From: an uncultured Candidatus Saccharibacteria bacterium
GTDB taxonomy: Bacteria > Patescibacteriota > Minisyncoccia > Phycocordibacterales > Phycocordibacteraceae
Assembly: GCA_964391975.1 (NCBI GenBank)
Contig: CAYMNZ010000001.1
Coordinates: 326,978 to 390,977, forward strand
Direction: 5' to 3'
DNA: 64,000 bases
Under the pieces are notes generated by a model. The model was not told the DNA's origin. It saw nothing but the letters and a program-made list of their open reading frames with translations, and did not search any database. The position numbers and the translations under genes are program-made. Positions within the stretch are counted from its first letter, which is position 1. Every line of letters begins with the position of its first letter. Positions 39,777 to 50,146 of this stretch are shown in pieces.

Positions 39777-40109
39777 TTAGGAGAGGCTGTCGATCTTAAC
39801 CTTGATGAAAGGCTGGCGGTGTCCACGGCGCTTGAGGTAGCGGCTCTTTGCCTTGTACTTCACCACCTCCACCTTCTTAGCGCGGCCGACTTCCATGACC
39901 TTAGCGGTCACCTTGGCTCCCTTTACTGAAGGGGTACCAACGGTGGTCTCCTTTCCATCATCGGTCATAAGGACCTCGTCAAAAGTGACGGTATCGCCCT
40001 TAGCGAGCTTCTGGGTGTTGATGCCCCGTCCGAGCTTCTCGATGGTAATAGTGCCGCCCTTGGCGACCACGTACTGCTTGCCTCCGGTCTTGATAACTGC
40101 GATATCCAT
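39777..40109 (-). CDS. rplU: 50S ribosomal protein L21
   Basis: AVIKTGGKQY, VGTP.VKGAKV, KYKAK..RGHRQ. Confidence 0.97.
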   Translation of the reverse strand: MDIAVIKTGGKQYVVAKGGTITIEKLGRGINTQKLAKGDTVTFDEVLMTDDGKETTVGTPSVKGAKVTAKVMEVGRAKKVEVVKYKAKSRYLKRRGHRQPFIKVKIDSLS

Positions 40110-40118
40110 AATCCGGGT

Positions 40119-40147
40119 ACTCTACCGGAAAAGGGCCTATATGTAAA
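40119..40147 (-). promoter_or_regulatory. Sigma70-type promoter of rplU
   Basis: Minus strand TTTACA-17 nt-TAGAGT, then 9 nt to ATG. Confidence 0.6.
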
Positions 40148-40155
40148 CCAGGGGG

Positions 40156-40836
40156 CTACCCCTTCCGCTTCTTCACCCCTACAAATACCGGCCTCCCAAA
40201 AGCTAGCGTATAGGCCCTGACCTGGTCGAGCGTCATGGGTACCACATACCACTTCTCACCGTTCCAGGTGGCCACGAGGTGGTGTGGCAAGGTTCGTTCC
40301 CGCTGTAAGTCTTCGAGGTCGCTGGTCAGAAGAGCAACGTCATCACCTTCGGCCATTGTAAGCGCCTTCATGAGCGTTTTCTCTTCCGTCGTCACCGGCT
40401 TGGTGTACTCATCAAGTGGTTCTGCACAAACATAGGCCCGAGGCTCTCCTTGGGCATTCAAAGCTGGGTGCTTGTCCACGGACACCAGGTAGCGCAAAAA
40501 CTGCTCCGTTGATGCAAGAACGTGGTCGTGTAGCGCAAGCTGCCCTTGAACAATCTCTGGATCAAGAAAATATGAACGACTCTGACCAGCAGGACCAAGG
40601 GTCTTATCCTCTGGGTCAATCTTCCCTGTAAAGGCAGCCGCCATATCATCCTTCGCGTATTTCTTCCGAAGCGCGTCCTTAAGTACCTTCTCAACACCTT
40701 TGTTCGCAACAAAACGCCCCGTACCGAGTGCGCTCTTCGGAAGTTCCCGAACACTATTGTTCACCATCGTAAAGAGCTGCGGAAGACCGGGATCTTTGTG
40801 CCCCGGCTGAGAAAGACCTTCGCCTCTCTTAGACAT
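40156..40836 (-). CDS. Hypothetical protein
   Basis: ATG at 40836 overlaps the rmuC stop (translational coupling); no family recognised. Confidence 0.65.
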   Translation of the reverse strand: MSKRGEGLSQPGHKDPGLPQLFTMVNNSVRELPKSALGTGRFVANKGVEKVLKDALRKKYAKDDMAAAFTGKIDPEDKTLGPAGQSRSYFLDPEIVQGQLALHDHVLASTEQFLRYLVSVDKHPALNAQGEPRAYVCAEPLDEYTKPVTTEEKTLMKALTMAEGDDVALLTSDLEDLQRERTLPHHLVATWNGEKWYVVPMTLDQVRAYTLAFGRPVFVGVKKRKG

Positions 40837-41893
40837 ACTCGTCCTCGTCTGCTGCCGATGGCTTGTCGAGAAGTGTTGGTTCGATTCCTGCCTTGCTCTC
40901 ACTAATGCGATACACGTCCTTGTCTATCTTTCCGAGCTCCTTGTACCCGCTGTTCCAGTGCGAGACCGCAGTACCAAGTGCGGTACCAAGTTTCTTATAG
41001 TAGGTCTCATACGAACCAATGTGCTTGCCGAGTTCCCCCACCCGCCTCTGGATTTCCACAGCCTTCTGCTCAATCTGCAGTGCCTTCAATCCCTGCATAA
41101 CCGTCTGGAGGTACGCGAGGAAGGAGGTTGGCGAGACGATGATGACCTTGTCGCGTGAGGCAGCGCGCTGGATGAGGTTCTCATCATCCCCCGCTCCGAT
41201 TTGGTTAGTGAGAAGGTCGTAGTAGATGCCTTCGCTTGGGATGAACATAAACGCGAAGTCCATGGTTCCCTCTTCTGGTCGGATATACTTTGCGGTCTCT
41301 GCAATACGAAGCTTGAGGTCGTTCACGAACACTTTCTCTGCAGCCGTGCGCTCCGCGCTCCCTATGGGAGTTCCCACAAAACGGTTGTAGTTATCGAGCG
41401 AGAACTTAGAGTCCACCGGCACCAGCTTCTTATTGATGACGATAACAGCGTCAACAACCTCTCCGTTCTTAAACGGATATTGAATGCGGTAGTCCTCAGG
41501 ACTCATGACGTTCTTCAGCACTGTCTCGAGGTAGTACTCACCCAGTATTCCGCGCTGCTTTGGGTTCTTGAGGAGGTCTTGAAGCGACTGCAGCTGTTCA
41601 GCATAGGTCTGGGTCTGCCGTCCTATCTCTTTAACTGAGGTGAGTTCGGTCGTAATTTCCTTGATGAGCCTCGAGGACTCTCCAAGCTGGGTGCGCATGG
41701 TGTCGTGCATCTGCTTGGACGACTCATTCATACGGGAATCAAGGGCCCGTTCCAGGTTCTCCATCTGGCGCTGCAGAAGCACCATCCCGCCCGTCTCTTC
41801 CCCTCCCTTACGCCGCCCCAGGACGAGCCAGAGCACCACTCCTTGGACAATGAGGACTGCCAGGACAATGCCACCAATGAGGAGCCAGTTCAT
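40829..41893 (-). CDS. rmuC: DNA recombination protein RmuC
   Basis: N-terminal TM and coiled coil; RGILGE, VDSKFSL, KYIRP.EGT.DFAFMFIPSE, SPTS. Confidence 0.94.
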   Translation of the reverse strand: MNWLLIGGIVLAVLIVQGVVLWLVLGRRKGGEETGGMVLLQRQMENLERALDSRMNESSKQMHDTMRTQLGESSRLIKEITTELTSVKEIGRQTQTYAEQLQSLQDLLKNPKQRGILGEYYLETVLKNVMSPEDYRIQYPFKNGEVVDAVIVINKKLVPVDSKFSLDNYNRFVGTPIGSAERTAAEKVFVNDLKLRIAETAKYIRPEEGTMDFAFMFIPSEGIYYDLLTNQIGAGDDENLIQRAASRDKVIIVSPTSFLAYLQTVMQGLKALQIEQKAVEIQRRVGELGKHIGSYETYYKKLGTALGTAVSHWNSGYKELGKIDKDVYRISESKAGIEPTLLDKPSAADEDEYV

Positions 41894-41951
41894 CCACCGA
41901 TTATACCCGGAGATAGCGGGAAATGCCTTGCCCTGGTGCTATTATTTTTCT

Positions 41952-42692
41952 ATGGCTGACGCTGATTATTCCATCGTCCCCTCTCCGTTGGTGCTTGATA
42001 ACGAGGGACGCAAGTACATCCTCACCGTCCACGACCTTCCTGCCGATGAGCGCCCGCGCGAGCGTCTCATTGCTGAAGGTCCTGCTTCCCTTTCAACCAC
42101 CGAGCTCATGGCGGTCCTGCTTAACGTCGGCACCACCAAGGAAGACGTGCTCTCTATGGCACGTCGCATCATGCAGGACTACGGCGAACGAGGCGTCATG
42201 AGCCAAACGAGCGCAGAGAAACTTTCGAAAGACCTCGATATCCCTCTCGGTAAAGCTGCCCAGATTATAGCGGCCGGAGAACTAGGACGTCGCTTCTTTG
42301 AACGCACTGGTAACGGTGCTCCCACCATCCGCACCGCCCGCGAGGTCTACGACTACGCAGCCGACATGCGCAATCTCCCCAAAGAACACTTGCGCGGACT
42401 CTACCTTAACGCCCACTACAAGGTCATTCACGACGAAGTGGTCTCCATAGGAACCGTCGACGCAAACATGGTGCACCCGCGTGAAGTCTTCCGCCCCGCG
42501 CTTGAATACTCAGCGGCGGCGGTCATTCTCGTTCATAACCACCCCTCAGGCATCACTGAACCATCTTCCGCTGATCTTGAGGTCACCGAACAACTGATTG
42601 AAGCCGGACGAACGCTCGGCATCCAGCTGGTTGACCACGTTATCGTTGCGAAAGACGGCTACGCGAGCGTACCGGTGCGTTATCACGTATGA
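41952..42692 (+). CDS. radC: RadC family JAB-domain protein
   Basis: ERPRERL, HPREVF, HNHPSG..EPS.AD, LVDHVI. Confidence 0.94.
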   Translation: MADADYSIVPSPLVLDNEGRKYILTVHDLPADERPRERLIAEGPASLSTTELMAVLLNVGTTKEDVLSMARRIMQDYGERGVMSQTSAEKLSKDLDIPLGKAAQIIAAGELGRRFFERTGNGAPTIRTAREVYDYAADMRNLPKEHLRGLYLNAHYKVIHDEVVSIGTVDANMVHPREVFRPALEYSAAAVILVHNHPSGITEPSSADLEVTEQLIEAGRTLGIQLVDHVIVAKDGYASVPVRYHV

Positions 42693-42943
42693 ACGAACGA
42701 GTATACGCGCTCTCTCCCATTTTCTTTACCTTCCGTGACGCGGAAGACGATCGACGTATCGAACGCCTTGAATTTCATTTAAACGCAGGCGACTACTTCC
42801 CCATGCTCGCCACTATCCTCGGCTTTCTTCAGGAAACCGCAAAAGACTGTGCCAAAGATGATGTGCAGTACGAACTTATCAAGAAGGTCCGAAAAGACCT
42901 TATGCACTTGCACCAGAACTACCGGATAACGAAGAAGGATTAG
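42689..42943 (+). CDS. Small hypothetical protein
   Basis: ATGA overlap with the radC stop. Confidence 0.65.
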   Translation: MNERVYALSPIFFTFRDAEDDRRIERLEFHLNAGDYFPMLATILGFLQETAKDCAKDDVQYELIKKVRKDLMHLHQNYRITKKD

Positions 42944-45627
42944 GCAGCCTGTGCCCGTGCAAGTGCACGATGTTCAGCCTCTTCCTCAGGACGGATGAAG
43001 AAGAGCCACTTAGCCACCTCGATGGTGAGCATGTTTACGATACCGAAGCCTATAAGAATAAGGATATTGAGTGGAGACGGTGGCACCGTGTGGACGAGGC
43101 TCTGTAGAGCTGGGACGTAGAGTGCAGCAGCAAGCAAGACCGCGCTTGCCGCTAGGGCAATAACAAGGAACTTGTTGGAAAGAAGCGGCATCCTCCAGAT
43201 TGGCGTACCAAAGCTCTTAATCGAGAAGGCAATGAAGATGGTGTTGATAGACACACCAATGAACATCATGGTCTGTATCTCAACGAGCGGAATCCGTAGA
43301 GAGTAGAGCATGAGGTAGATGATGATGAGCATAACGGCAGTCACCGTACCCACCAGCGCAATGAGCTTCAGAAGCTTGGGAGAGAGCACCTTTGCCACGT
43401 CAGGGTCCTTTGGATGGCGCTTCATTGCGGAGGGATAGAGTGGCTCAAAGGCAAACGCGAAGTTCATGAGCCCGCCTTCAATAAGGTTCGACCACAGAAT
43501 CTGGGTTGGAAGAATAGGAAGCGGGAGCCCGAAAATAAGCGTAAACGAAATAAGGAGCACCTCGCTAAAGTTGGTCGAGAGCATGTACGCAAAAATCTTC
43601 TTAAAGTTATCGCGAAGTCTCCTTCCCTCCCTAATAGCGGCAGTAATCACCTCAAAACCGTTGTTGAGCAGCACGAGGTCGCTTGCTTCCTTGGCGACAT
43701 CAGTTCCAGAGCCCACCGCCACACCAATAGAAGCGGCGTTAAGTGCAGGCGCATCGTTCACGCCGTCACCGGTCATTGCAACCACCTCACCTGCGTTAAC
43801 GAGCGTATTGGCGATACGGAGTTTCTGGGCAGGGGCTACGCGTGCAAACACATAATTGGTACGAAGCACCTTCAAGAGTTCCTCGTCAGTAAGTTTCTCA
43901 AGTTCTGCTCCTGTGTATGCACGGTCATCAGGCCCCGCAATACCTGCTTCCCGCGCGATGGCAAGCGCAGTTTCTGGGTTATCTCCCGTAAGCATCAGCA
44001 CGCGCGCACCTGCTCCCTGCATGTCACGAACGGCAGCAGGCACCTCAGCGCGTATGCCGTCTTCAAATACAATGAGGCCCATAATTGCACCCTTGGTGAG
44101 AATCTCTTCGGGGTTCTTGGGGAACGTTGTCTCATTGTGCTCCACGCGCATGATGGAGATGACGCGTTTCCCTTCCTTAGCGGCCGAGTTGAGTGCAAGC
44201 GCAAAGCGGCTGGCAAGCTCATCAGTGAGGCGATGCATGGCTCCCTTCTCGTCTCGCACATGAGTAGCTTGCGCAAGGAAGAACTCCGGAGCACCGGAGA
44301 GATACGCTACTGAGTGCCCCTCCTCTCGCACCATCATGCCGCCGAAGCGACGCGCGGAATCGAAGTGAAGCTCGTCAGTGCGCGGACACAATCCTCGCAG
44401 TTCAGGGCCCGCGATGCCGGTCTTGAGTCCTTCAAGAATGACTGCCTGCTCAATGGGTCTGCCGTGAGCGACCAGCTTCTCTTCTCCTTCCTCAGCGTCA
44501 GGACGCTCTTCTACATACGCATCAGAAGCCAACACTGCCCCTGACAGAAGGAAGCGAGCGCCATCGCTTGAACGCTCGGTAGAGGTGCCAGAATACGTCA
44601 CGTAGGCAGCAATGCTCATCTGCCCCTTCGTAAGCGTGCCGGTCTTGTCGGTAAGGATGATGCTGGTCGTGCCAAGCGTCTCAGCTGCCATAAGGTTACG
44701 AACAAGGCCGCCTGACTTCAAAATGCGCTCCATACCAAGCGCAAGCACCACCGTCACTGCCGCAGGAAGGCCTTCCGGAACGCTCGCCACTGCTAGCGCA
44801 ATGGCAGTGAGCAAGGTCTCATCAAGCGGCAACCCACGAAGCAAGCCAAGCAGAATAATGAACACCATGATGACCGCCACCATGATGACAATGGCGCGGG
44901 CAATCTGGCGTACATCGCGCATGAGCGGCGTTACCGTGCGGTCGTCGTGTGCGAGCTCGGCGGCAATCTTTCCTATCTCTGTAGTGCTTCCCGTTGAAAC
45001 CACAATGCCCTTCCCTGCTCCTGAAACTACGAGCGTGCTTGAGTACGCCATGCAAGAGCGCTCAACCAACGGCGCCTCCTCAGAGCGCAGCGTGGTGTCC
45101 TTCTCAACCGGGAGCCATTCTCCAGAAAGCGCGGACTCGTTAATGGTGAGTGCATGCACCTCAGTCAATCGAAGATCTGCCGGCACCGCAGAGCCTGCCA
45201 TCAGGGTCACGAGGTCACCAGGCACCAACTCCTCGGCCAATATCTTCATTGGCTCGCCATCGCGAATAACGAAAGCATGCTTTGCCTCACTCTTCTTAAG
45301 TGCCTCAAAAGCTTTCGATGCACGTCCTTCCTGGAAGAGGCCGATGACCACGTTCACCAGGAGCGCAACTGCAATGACAATCGCGTCGGTGTAGTGAGAG
45401 AGGAAGGTCGTTGCAAGTGCAGCCAGCACCAGCACCACTGCAATCGGACTAGCAAACTGGCGCAACACACGCGTCAAGAAAGAATCTCGATGAACCTTCG
45501 GAAGACGGTTACGGCCCTTGAGGAGACGTGCCTCAACTTCCTCCTTTGAGAGGCCCTTCGCGTAATCGGTAGAAAATGAGCGAGCGACCTCATCGGCCGC
45601 AAGTGCATGCCACATCTGTTCCTGCAT
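42940..45627 (-). CDS. Cation-transporting P-type ATPase (type II, Ca2+-like)
   Basis: VPEGLP, DKTGTLT, MLTGDN, MTGDGVNDAP; SGE in place of TGE. Confidence 0.94.
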   Translation of the reverse strand: MQEQMWHALAADEVARSFSTDYAKGLSKEEVEARLLKGRNRLPKVHRDSFLTRVLRQFASPIAVVLVLAALATTFLSHYTDAIVIAVALLVNVVIGLFQEGRASKAFEALKKSEAKHAFVIRDGEPMKILAEELVPGDLVTLMAGSAVPADLRLTEVHALTINESALSGEWLPVEKDTTLRSEEAPLVERSCMAYSSTLVVSGAGKGIVVSTGSTTEIGKIAAELAHDDRTVTPLMRDVRQIARAIVIMVAVIMVFIILLGLLRGLPLDETLLTAIALAVASVPEGLPAAVTVVLALGMERILKSGGLVRNLMAAETLGTTSIILTDKTGTLTKGQMSIAAYVTYSGTSTERSSDGARFLLSGAVLASDAYVEERPDAEEGEEKLVAHGRPIEQAVILEGLKTGIAGPELRGLCPRTDELHFDSARRFGGMMVREEGHSVAYLSGAPEFFLAQATHVRDEKGAMHRLTDELASRFALALNSAAKEGKRVISIMRVEHNETTFPKNPEEILTKGAIMGLIVFEDGIRAEVPAAVRDMQGAGARVLMLTGDNPETALAIAREAGIAGPDDRAYTGAELEKLTDEELLKVLRTNYVFARVAPAQKLRIANTLVNAGEVVAMTGDGVNDAPALNAASIGVAVGSGTDVAKEASDLVLLNNGFEVITAAIREGRRLRDNFKKIFAYMLSTNFSEVLLISFTLIFGLPLPILPTQILWSNLIEGGLMNFAFAFEPLYPSAMKRHPKDPDVAKVLSPKLLKLIALVGTVTAVMLIIIYLMLYSLRIPLVEIQTMMFIGVSINTIFIAFSIKSFGTPIWRMPLLSNKFLVIALAASAVLLAAALYVPALQSLVHTVPPSPLNILILIGFGIVNMLTIEVAKWLFFIRPEEEAEHRALARAQAA

Positions 45628-45652
45628 TCCCTATATGGTACCCTATTCAAAT

Positions 45653-46105
45653 ATGGCTATCCACGATTCTATCAAAGCAAGCATCCCTGAGGCGCTCAGG
45701 GCTAAAGACGAGGTCCGCCTGCGCACACTGCGCTCTCTGGTGACCGCAATGACCAACGAGGTGGTAGCCAAGAAGCGCAAACCTGATGAATTCCTCACCG
45801 ATGAGGAAGCAATGGCGGTTTTGAAGCGTGCAAGCAACCAGCGCAAAGACTCCATTGAGCAGTTTGAGAAAGCAGGCCGTAGCGAGCTTGCCGCCCCAGA
45901 GAAAGAAGAGCTCGCTATTATTGAGTCTCTCTTGCCTGCCCAGATGTCCCGTGAAGAAATAGAGGTGGTGGTGAAGGCAAAGATTGCGGAGATGAACGCA
46001 GACAAATCAAAAGCAGGTCAACTCACTGGCGCAGTGATGAAGGAACTCAAAGGCAAGGCAGACGGTGGAGACGTAAAGTCCGTCGTCGATAGTTTACTCG
46101 CTTAA
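45653..46105 (+). CDS. GatB/YqeY domain protein
   Basis: ALRAKD..RLRTLR, QRKDSIEQFEKAGR, LPAQMS, LKGKADG. Confidence 0.9.
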   Translation: MAIHDSIKASIPEALRAKDEVRLRTLRSLVTAMTNEVVAKKRKPDEFLTDEEAMAVLKRASNQRKDSIEQFEKAGRSELAAPEKEELAIIESLLPAQMSREEIEVVVKAKIAEMNADKSKAGQLTGAVMKELKGKADGGDVKSVVDSLLA

Positions 46106-46116
46106 CTCCCCCCAAC

Positions 46117-46992
46117 ATGGTTGAAGAAGTAGGCGACAGCATCTGGCGCATCACGAGCGCGCACCCCGGCACCCACGTGCTCATCTTTGGTGCTATCCAC
46201 GGCAACGAGAAGACCGGCATTGAGACCGTGAAGCACTTGGTAAAGGCCTTCTCTGATGGCTCGCGCACGCTTGCCTCTGGAACGCTCACGCTAGCGCTTG
46301 CCAATACCAGGGCAATGGCCGAGAACGAACGTTGGGTTGGTGGGAAGGATCTGAACCGTTACTTCACTGATGCGCACCTGTTGAAAGGCGTGGAGGGCTC
46401 CTGGGAGGAAGAGCGTGCGGGAATACTCGCGAAGCTGTGTCAGGAAGCTGACATACTCCTCGACATCCATTCGAGCAACCGGCCTGCCATTCCCTTTGCT
46501 TGTAGCCGTATTGATGCCGCGCACGAACGCGTCTACAAGTGGTTCCCGTTTGAGAACGTCATCGAGGACCCGGAATTCGTGTTCGGAGACGAGCCCGTGA
46601 CTTCGGAAGAGTATATGGACCGTATAGGAAAGGTTGGGGTGTGCGTGGAGACAGGGTTGTGCGAGAGTCTTGATAGACTCGATGCCATCATCAAGTCCTG
46701 TGAAGGAGTGATGGTCGAATTCGGACTTCTCAACATCCCCGCACCAGCGCTCCCGAAGAAGAAGCCTGCGACTTACCGTTTCTATAAGACTATAAAGCTA
46801 AGTGCACGCGGCTTTGAGTTCGCTAAGGGGATGGGCACGCACTCCTTCCAGCCTGTGCGCGCAGGCGAAGTAATCGGACACCAAGGAGAAGACACGGTCA
46901 CGCTCGACCGGGACGGCGTCATCATATTTCCGAAGATAAAGGAATACCAACAGCTCGGAAAACCCGTCTGCTATATCGCGATACCTGTTTAA
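46117..46992 (+). CDS. Succinylglutamate desuccinylase/aspartoacylase family (M14-like) hydrolase
   Basis: IHGNE, DLNR.F, LLDIHS and ETG motifs. Confidence 0.88.
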   Translation: MVEEVGDSIWRITSAHPGTHVLIFGAIHGNEKTGIETVKHLVKAFSDGSRTLASGTLTLALANTRAMAENERWVGGKDLNRYFTDAHLLKGVEGSWEEERAGILAKLCQEADILLDIHSSNRPAIPFACSRIDAAHERVYKWFPFENVIEDPEFVFGDEPVTSEEYMDRIGKVGVCVETGLCESLDRLDAIIKSCEGVMVEFGLLNIPAPALPKKKPATYRFYKTIKLSARGFEFAKGMGTHSFQPVRAGEVIGHQGEDTVTLDRDGVIIFPKIKEYQQLGKPVCYIAIPV

Positions 46993-47006
46993 ACTCTAAA
47001 ACGTTG

Positions 47007-47078
47007 TGACCTCACGGGGAATCGAACCCCGATTTCCAGCGTGAGAGGCTAGCGTCCTAACCGTTAGACGATGAGGCC
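47007..47078 (-). tRNA. tRNA-Glu(CTC)
   Basis: GGCCTCATCGTCTAACGGTTAGGAC...CTCTCAC loop...GGTTCGATTCCCCGTGAGGTCA; CCA not encoded. Confidence 0.96.
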
Positions 47079-47117
47079 AGTCCGCACAAAATACCAAGTA
47101 AGGCCCTATCCGGCAAG

Positions 47118-48404
47118 CTACTTAATAAGGAGCCACTCCTCTTCCTGACGGATGAGGTTCTTGGTGTCCTCCGGGTCTGCGAGAAGCTTCGTGACAATGC
47201 GCTCGGTCCGAATGCCTTGGGATCCCTTAATGAGCACCAGGTCGCCCTCTTCCACCATACCCATAAGCGCGTCAGCGGCTTCACGCGCTCCATCGTATTC
47301 GAAGACTGAGGTCTCCGGGAGCCCAACCTCACGCGCAGCCTTAGCCACTGCCTTGGCGCGAATACCCACCGTAACCAAGAGGTCAGTAGACTTCCCTGCT
47401 ACTCCACCCACACGCTCATGCTCTTCAACCGAATAGCGTCCGAGCTCAAGCATGTCGCCGAGCACTGCTATCTTTCGATTCCCTTTCATCAACGAAAGCG
47501 CTGACAGGCTCTCAAGCATCGCTGCAGGAGAGGCATTATAGGAATCATCAATGAGAGTCGAACCGTTCACACCTCTAAGAAGGCGCGCACGACCTGGAGG
47601 TGGCACATAGGAAGCGAGATTCTCAAGTGCGCGCTGGGCGGGGATGCCAAGCGAGAGTGCGAGCGCAAAGGCTGCTGCAGGAGCATACAGTTGCGGGCGC
47701 CCGAGGGCGCCCGCAACAACAATAGGATAGGTGGCTCCAGCGACGGTCATAGTGGCTTCCATACCCGCTGACTTTCCGTCGGTGAGAAATGGCTTCTCCT
47801 CCGTCAGGCGAACATCGGACCCCTGTGTAAACCCGAAGGTCTTCACTTTAACCTGAAGCTTTGCTGCCATCTCCTCGGCATGTCCGTCGTCATGCGAAAG
47901 AACAAGCGGGGCATCGGCAGGAAGCGCGTAGGCTGGAGCGAACTCTTCCTCATGGACTGCGCGCGGCGAAGCATACGCTTCCACATGCACCGGAATACTT
48001 GGAAGATGCGTCACGACTACTGCGTTCGGAGTTGCTATACGCAAAATCCGGGCAAGATCACCCGGACGGTCAGCACCTACTTCAAGCACCAGCATGTTTG
48101 GATAGTGGTTTGGGAAGAGGACCAGTGCGAGCGCCTCTTCAAACACACGAACCCAAGCTAGAGGGCTCGACCATGGGTTCTTCACTCCAAAGATGGTGAA
48201 CGGCACTCCAAACTCGCTGTTATAACTCTTCTCGCTCGCCCGAAGGAAAAACTCAGGACCCAGCACGGTCGCAACCGCATCTTTGGTGGAGGTCTTCCCC
48301 ACGCTTCCTGTCACCATCACAATCTTGGGCTTGTACTTACGTATAACCGCACGCGCAAGAAGGGCGAGGATACTGGCGACGAGATGTTTGAATAAAGATT
48401 TCAT
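47118..48404 (-). CDS. murF: UDP-MurNAc-tripeptide--D-Ala-D-Ala ligase
   Basis: TGSVGKTSTK, DDSYNASP, LGDMLELG, KGSQG. Confidence 0.93.
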   Translation of the reverse strand: MKSLFKHLVASILALLARAVIRKYKPKIVMVTGSVGKTSTKDAVATVLGPEFFLRASEKSYNSEFGVPFTIFGVKNPWSSPLAWVRVFEEALALVLFPNHYPNMLVLEVGADRPGDLARILRIATPNAVVVTHLPSIPVHVEAYASPRAVHEEEFAPAYALPADAPLVLSHDDGHAEEMAAKLQVKVKTFGFTQGSDVRLTEEKPFLTDGKSAGMEATMTVAGATYPIVVAGALGRPQLYAPAAAFALALSLGIPAQRALENLASYVPPPGRARLLRGVNGSTLIDDSYNASPAAMLESLSALSLMKGNRKIAVLGDMLELGRYSVEEHERVGGVAGKSTDLLVTVGIRAKAVAKAAREVGLPETSVFEYDGAREAADALMGMVEEGDLVLIKGSQGIRTERIVTKLLADPEDTKNLIRQEEEWLLIK

Positions 48405-48406
48405 GG

Positions 48407-50143
48407 CTACTCTTCGCTTGGAGCGTATTCTACCCTGTCTGGCGGTATGGCGTAGTACCCAATCAAAAACTGCGTCAGCTCCATAAATGGGTGCGTAAGC
48501 GTCTCTGAGGCGTACTGCACGCCCCTGGGTTCACGAGTATAGAGAAGGATGATGAACTTCGGGTCGTACGCTGGGAAGTACCCGAAGAAAGAGTGGAAGT
48601 ACCGGTCGTCGTAATACTTGCCTCCAGGGCCCGCAATCTGGGCTGTTCCCGTTTTCGCCGCAACACTCATTTCAGGAATAGAGACCGTGCCGCCTGCAAG
48701 TGACTTATCGACCACATTCACGAGCATGTGAGTGACCTGCTCGACTGCTTTTGGTTTAAACACCTGTTCCGAATTCCCCCACGACAGCTCTTTCACGATG
48801 CCGGACTCAAGTTTAATGGCGCGCACCACATGCGGTGTCACCACCTTCCCATCATTGGCGAGGGCACCAAGTGCCTTCACCATCTCAACGGGCGTCTGCG
48901 CTATTCCCTGCCCGAAGGAGGCAGTGGCGTACTCAATATCACGAGGACTCTCAAGAATGTTGTCGATGGTTCCGGTAATCTCGCTCGGTAGGTCAATACC
49001 GGTCTCAGCGCCCATACCGAGCTCGGTGAAGTAGTTGCGCATACGCTCATGCCCCAAACGTCCTGCAACGTAGGAAGCGCCGGTGTTGAGTGACTGCGAA
49101 AGCACCTCCTGCATAGGCACTACCCCACGCGCCTTCCCGTCGTAGTTAGAAATCGTCTTGTTGTTGAGCGTAATTCTACCTAGGTCGTTGTAGGTAGTGT
49201 CGGGGGTAACTACGCCTGCATCCAATCCAGCAGTCATAGTAATTGCTTTCACAATCGAACCGAACTCATAGCGTTTCTCGACCATCGGATTTCCGAAGTG
49301 CTCTGAGTCCTGCTCAGCAAACATGTTGGGGTCAAACGAGGGCACCGTCTCAAGTGCAATAATCTCTCCCGTTTTCGGATCCATAATGATGCCGCCGGTC
49401 TCAGCGCTTGAATACTTGCTTTGAATCTCCATCAACACCTGATCGAGCTTATCGAGTACCACCGGTTCAATTGAGGTGATGAGATCACCCTCTCGTGCTT
49501 CAGAGGCATCCCCTACCGCGCTATCAAGATTGGCGAACAATTCTGCAAAGAAGTTACCGAAGAGTCCTTTATTCTTTCGTGTCAGCACGTCCTCGTAGTA
49601 GCGCTCAAGGCCAAAGCGACCGGCCAAGTCATTGTCGTTGTCGTAGGCAACAAAACCGATGGTCTGCGCTCCGCGCTCCTCAGCCGGATAGATTCTCCAA
49701 CGTTCTCGTTCAACAATCACGCCTGGAAGATCAAGCGCAGATATCGCACGCCCTGCATCCTCCGGCACTCGCCGCGCGAGCACCTCGTATGGGTCATCCG
49801 TTTTTGCGACGGCGGCGTCATAGGTTTCTCGCTCTAAGGGATAGAGTGCCGCCAGTGCGTCGTACACCTCCTCAGCTTTTTGCAGTTTTGAAGGATCAAT
49901 AGCTACGAGAAATCCCGTTGCGAGCGCTGCCCCTGAAAGGGCTGTTCCATCCTTACGGGTGTAGTAGATACTGCCGCGGTCGTAGAGGATGTGGCTTGCA
50001 CTTACGTACTGACGCTCAGCACGCAACGAATACTCGTCTCCGTTAACTATCTGTACGAAATAGAGCCTCGCTACGAGAACGACAACAATGAGGATGAGGA
50101 ATCCCGCAAGCACTCGTAGACGAAGCCGGAGTGCGGCCCGCAT
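48407..50143 (-). CDS. ftsI: Class B penicillin-binding protein (FtsI-like)
   Basis: GSIVK, SLN, KTGTAQ; position after mraZ-rsmH. Confidence 0.88.
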   Translation of the reverse strand: MRAALRLRLRVLAGFLILIVVVLVARLYFVQIVNGDEYSLRAERQYVSASHILYDRGSIYYTRKDGTALSGAALATGFLVAIDPSKLQKAEEVYDALAALYPLERETYDAAVAKTDDPYEVLARRVPEDAGRAISALDLPGVIVERERWRIYPAEERGAQTIGFVAYDNDNDLAGRFGLERYYEDVLTRKNKGLFGNFFAELFANLDSAVGDASEAREGDLITSIEPVVLDKLDQVLMEIQSKYSSAETGGIIMDPKTGEIIALETVPSFDPNMFAEQDSEHFGNPMVEKRYEFGSIVKAITMTAGLDAGVVTPDTTYNDLGRITLNNKTISNYDGKARGVVPMQEVLSQSLNTGASYVAGRLGHERMRNYFTELGMGAETGIDLPSEITGTIDNILESPRDIEYATASFGQGIAQTPVEMVKALGALANDGKVVTPHVVRAIKLESGIVKELSWGNSEQVFKPKAVEQVTHMLVNVVDKSLAGGTVSIPEMSVAAKTGTAQIAGPGGKYYDDRYFHSFFGYFPAYDPKFIILLYTREPRGVQYASETLTHPFMELTQFLIGYYAIPPDRVEYAPSEE

Positions 50144-50146
50144 ACG

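Noticed and set aside
31243-40109. Separation of rplU and rpmA as a novel system
   Set aside because: Real, but most simply local gene-order shuffling; L27 lacks the N-terminal extension, so no Prp protease is expected
27909-40153. 13-bp repeat ATGTAAACCAGGG at 27909 and 40141
   Set aside because: At 40141 it is the rplU -35 region; the 27909 copy has no -10 at the proper spacing; two copies could be chance
41952-42692. radC as a mobile-element marker
   Set aside because: Full-length chromosomal type with the N-terminal PRERL region, and no mobile genes nearby
46117-47078. tRNA-Glu (and tRNA-Tyr) 3' ends as island attachment sites
   Set aside because: No integrase, and no duplicated tRNA 3' fragment seen in the window
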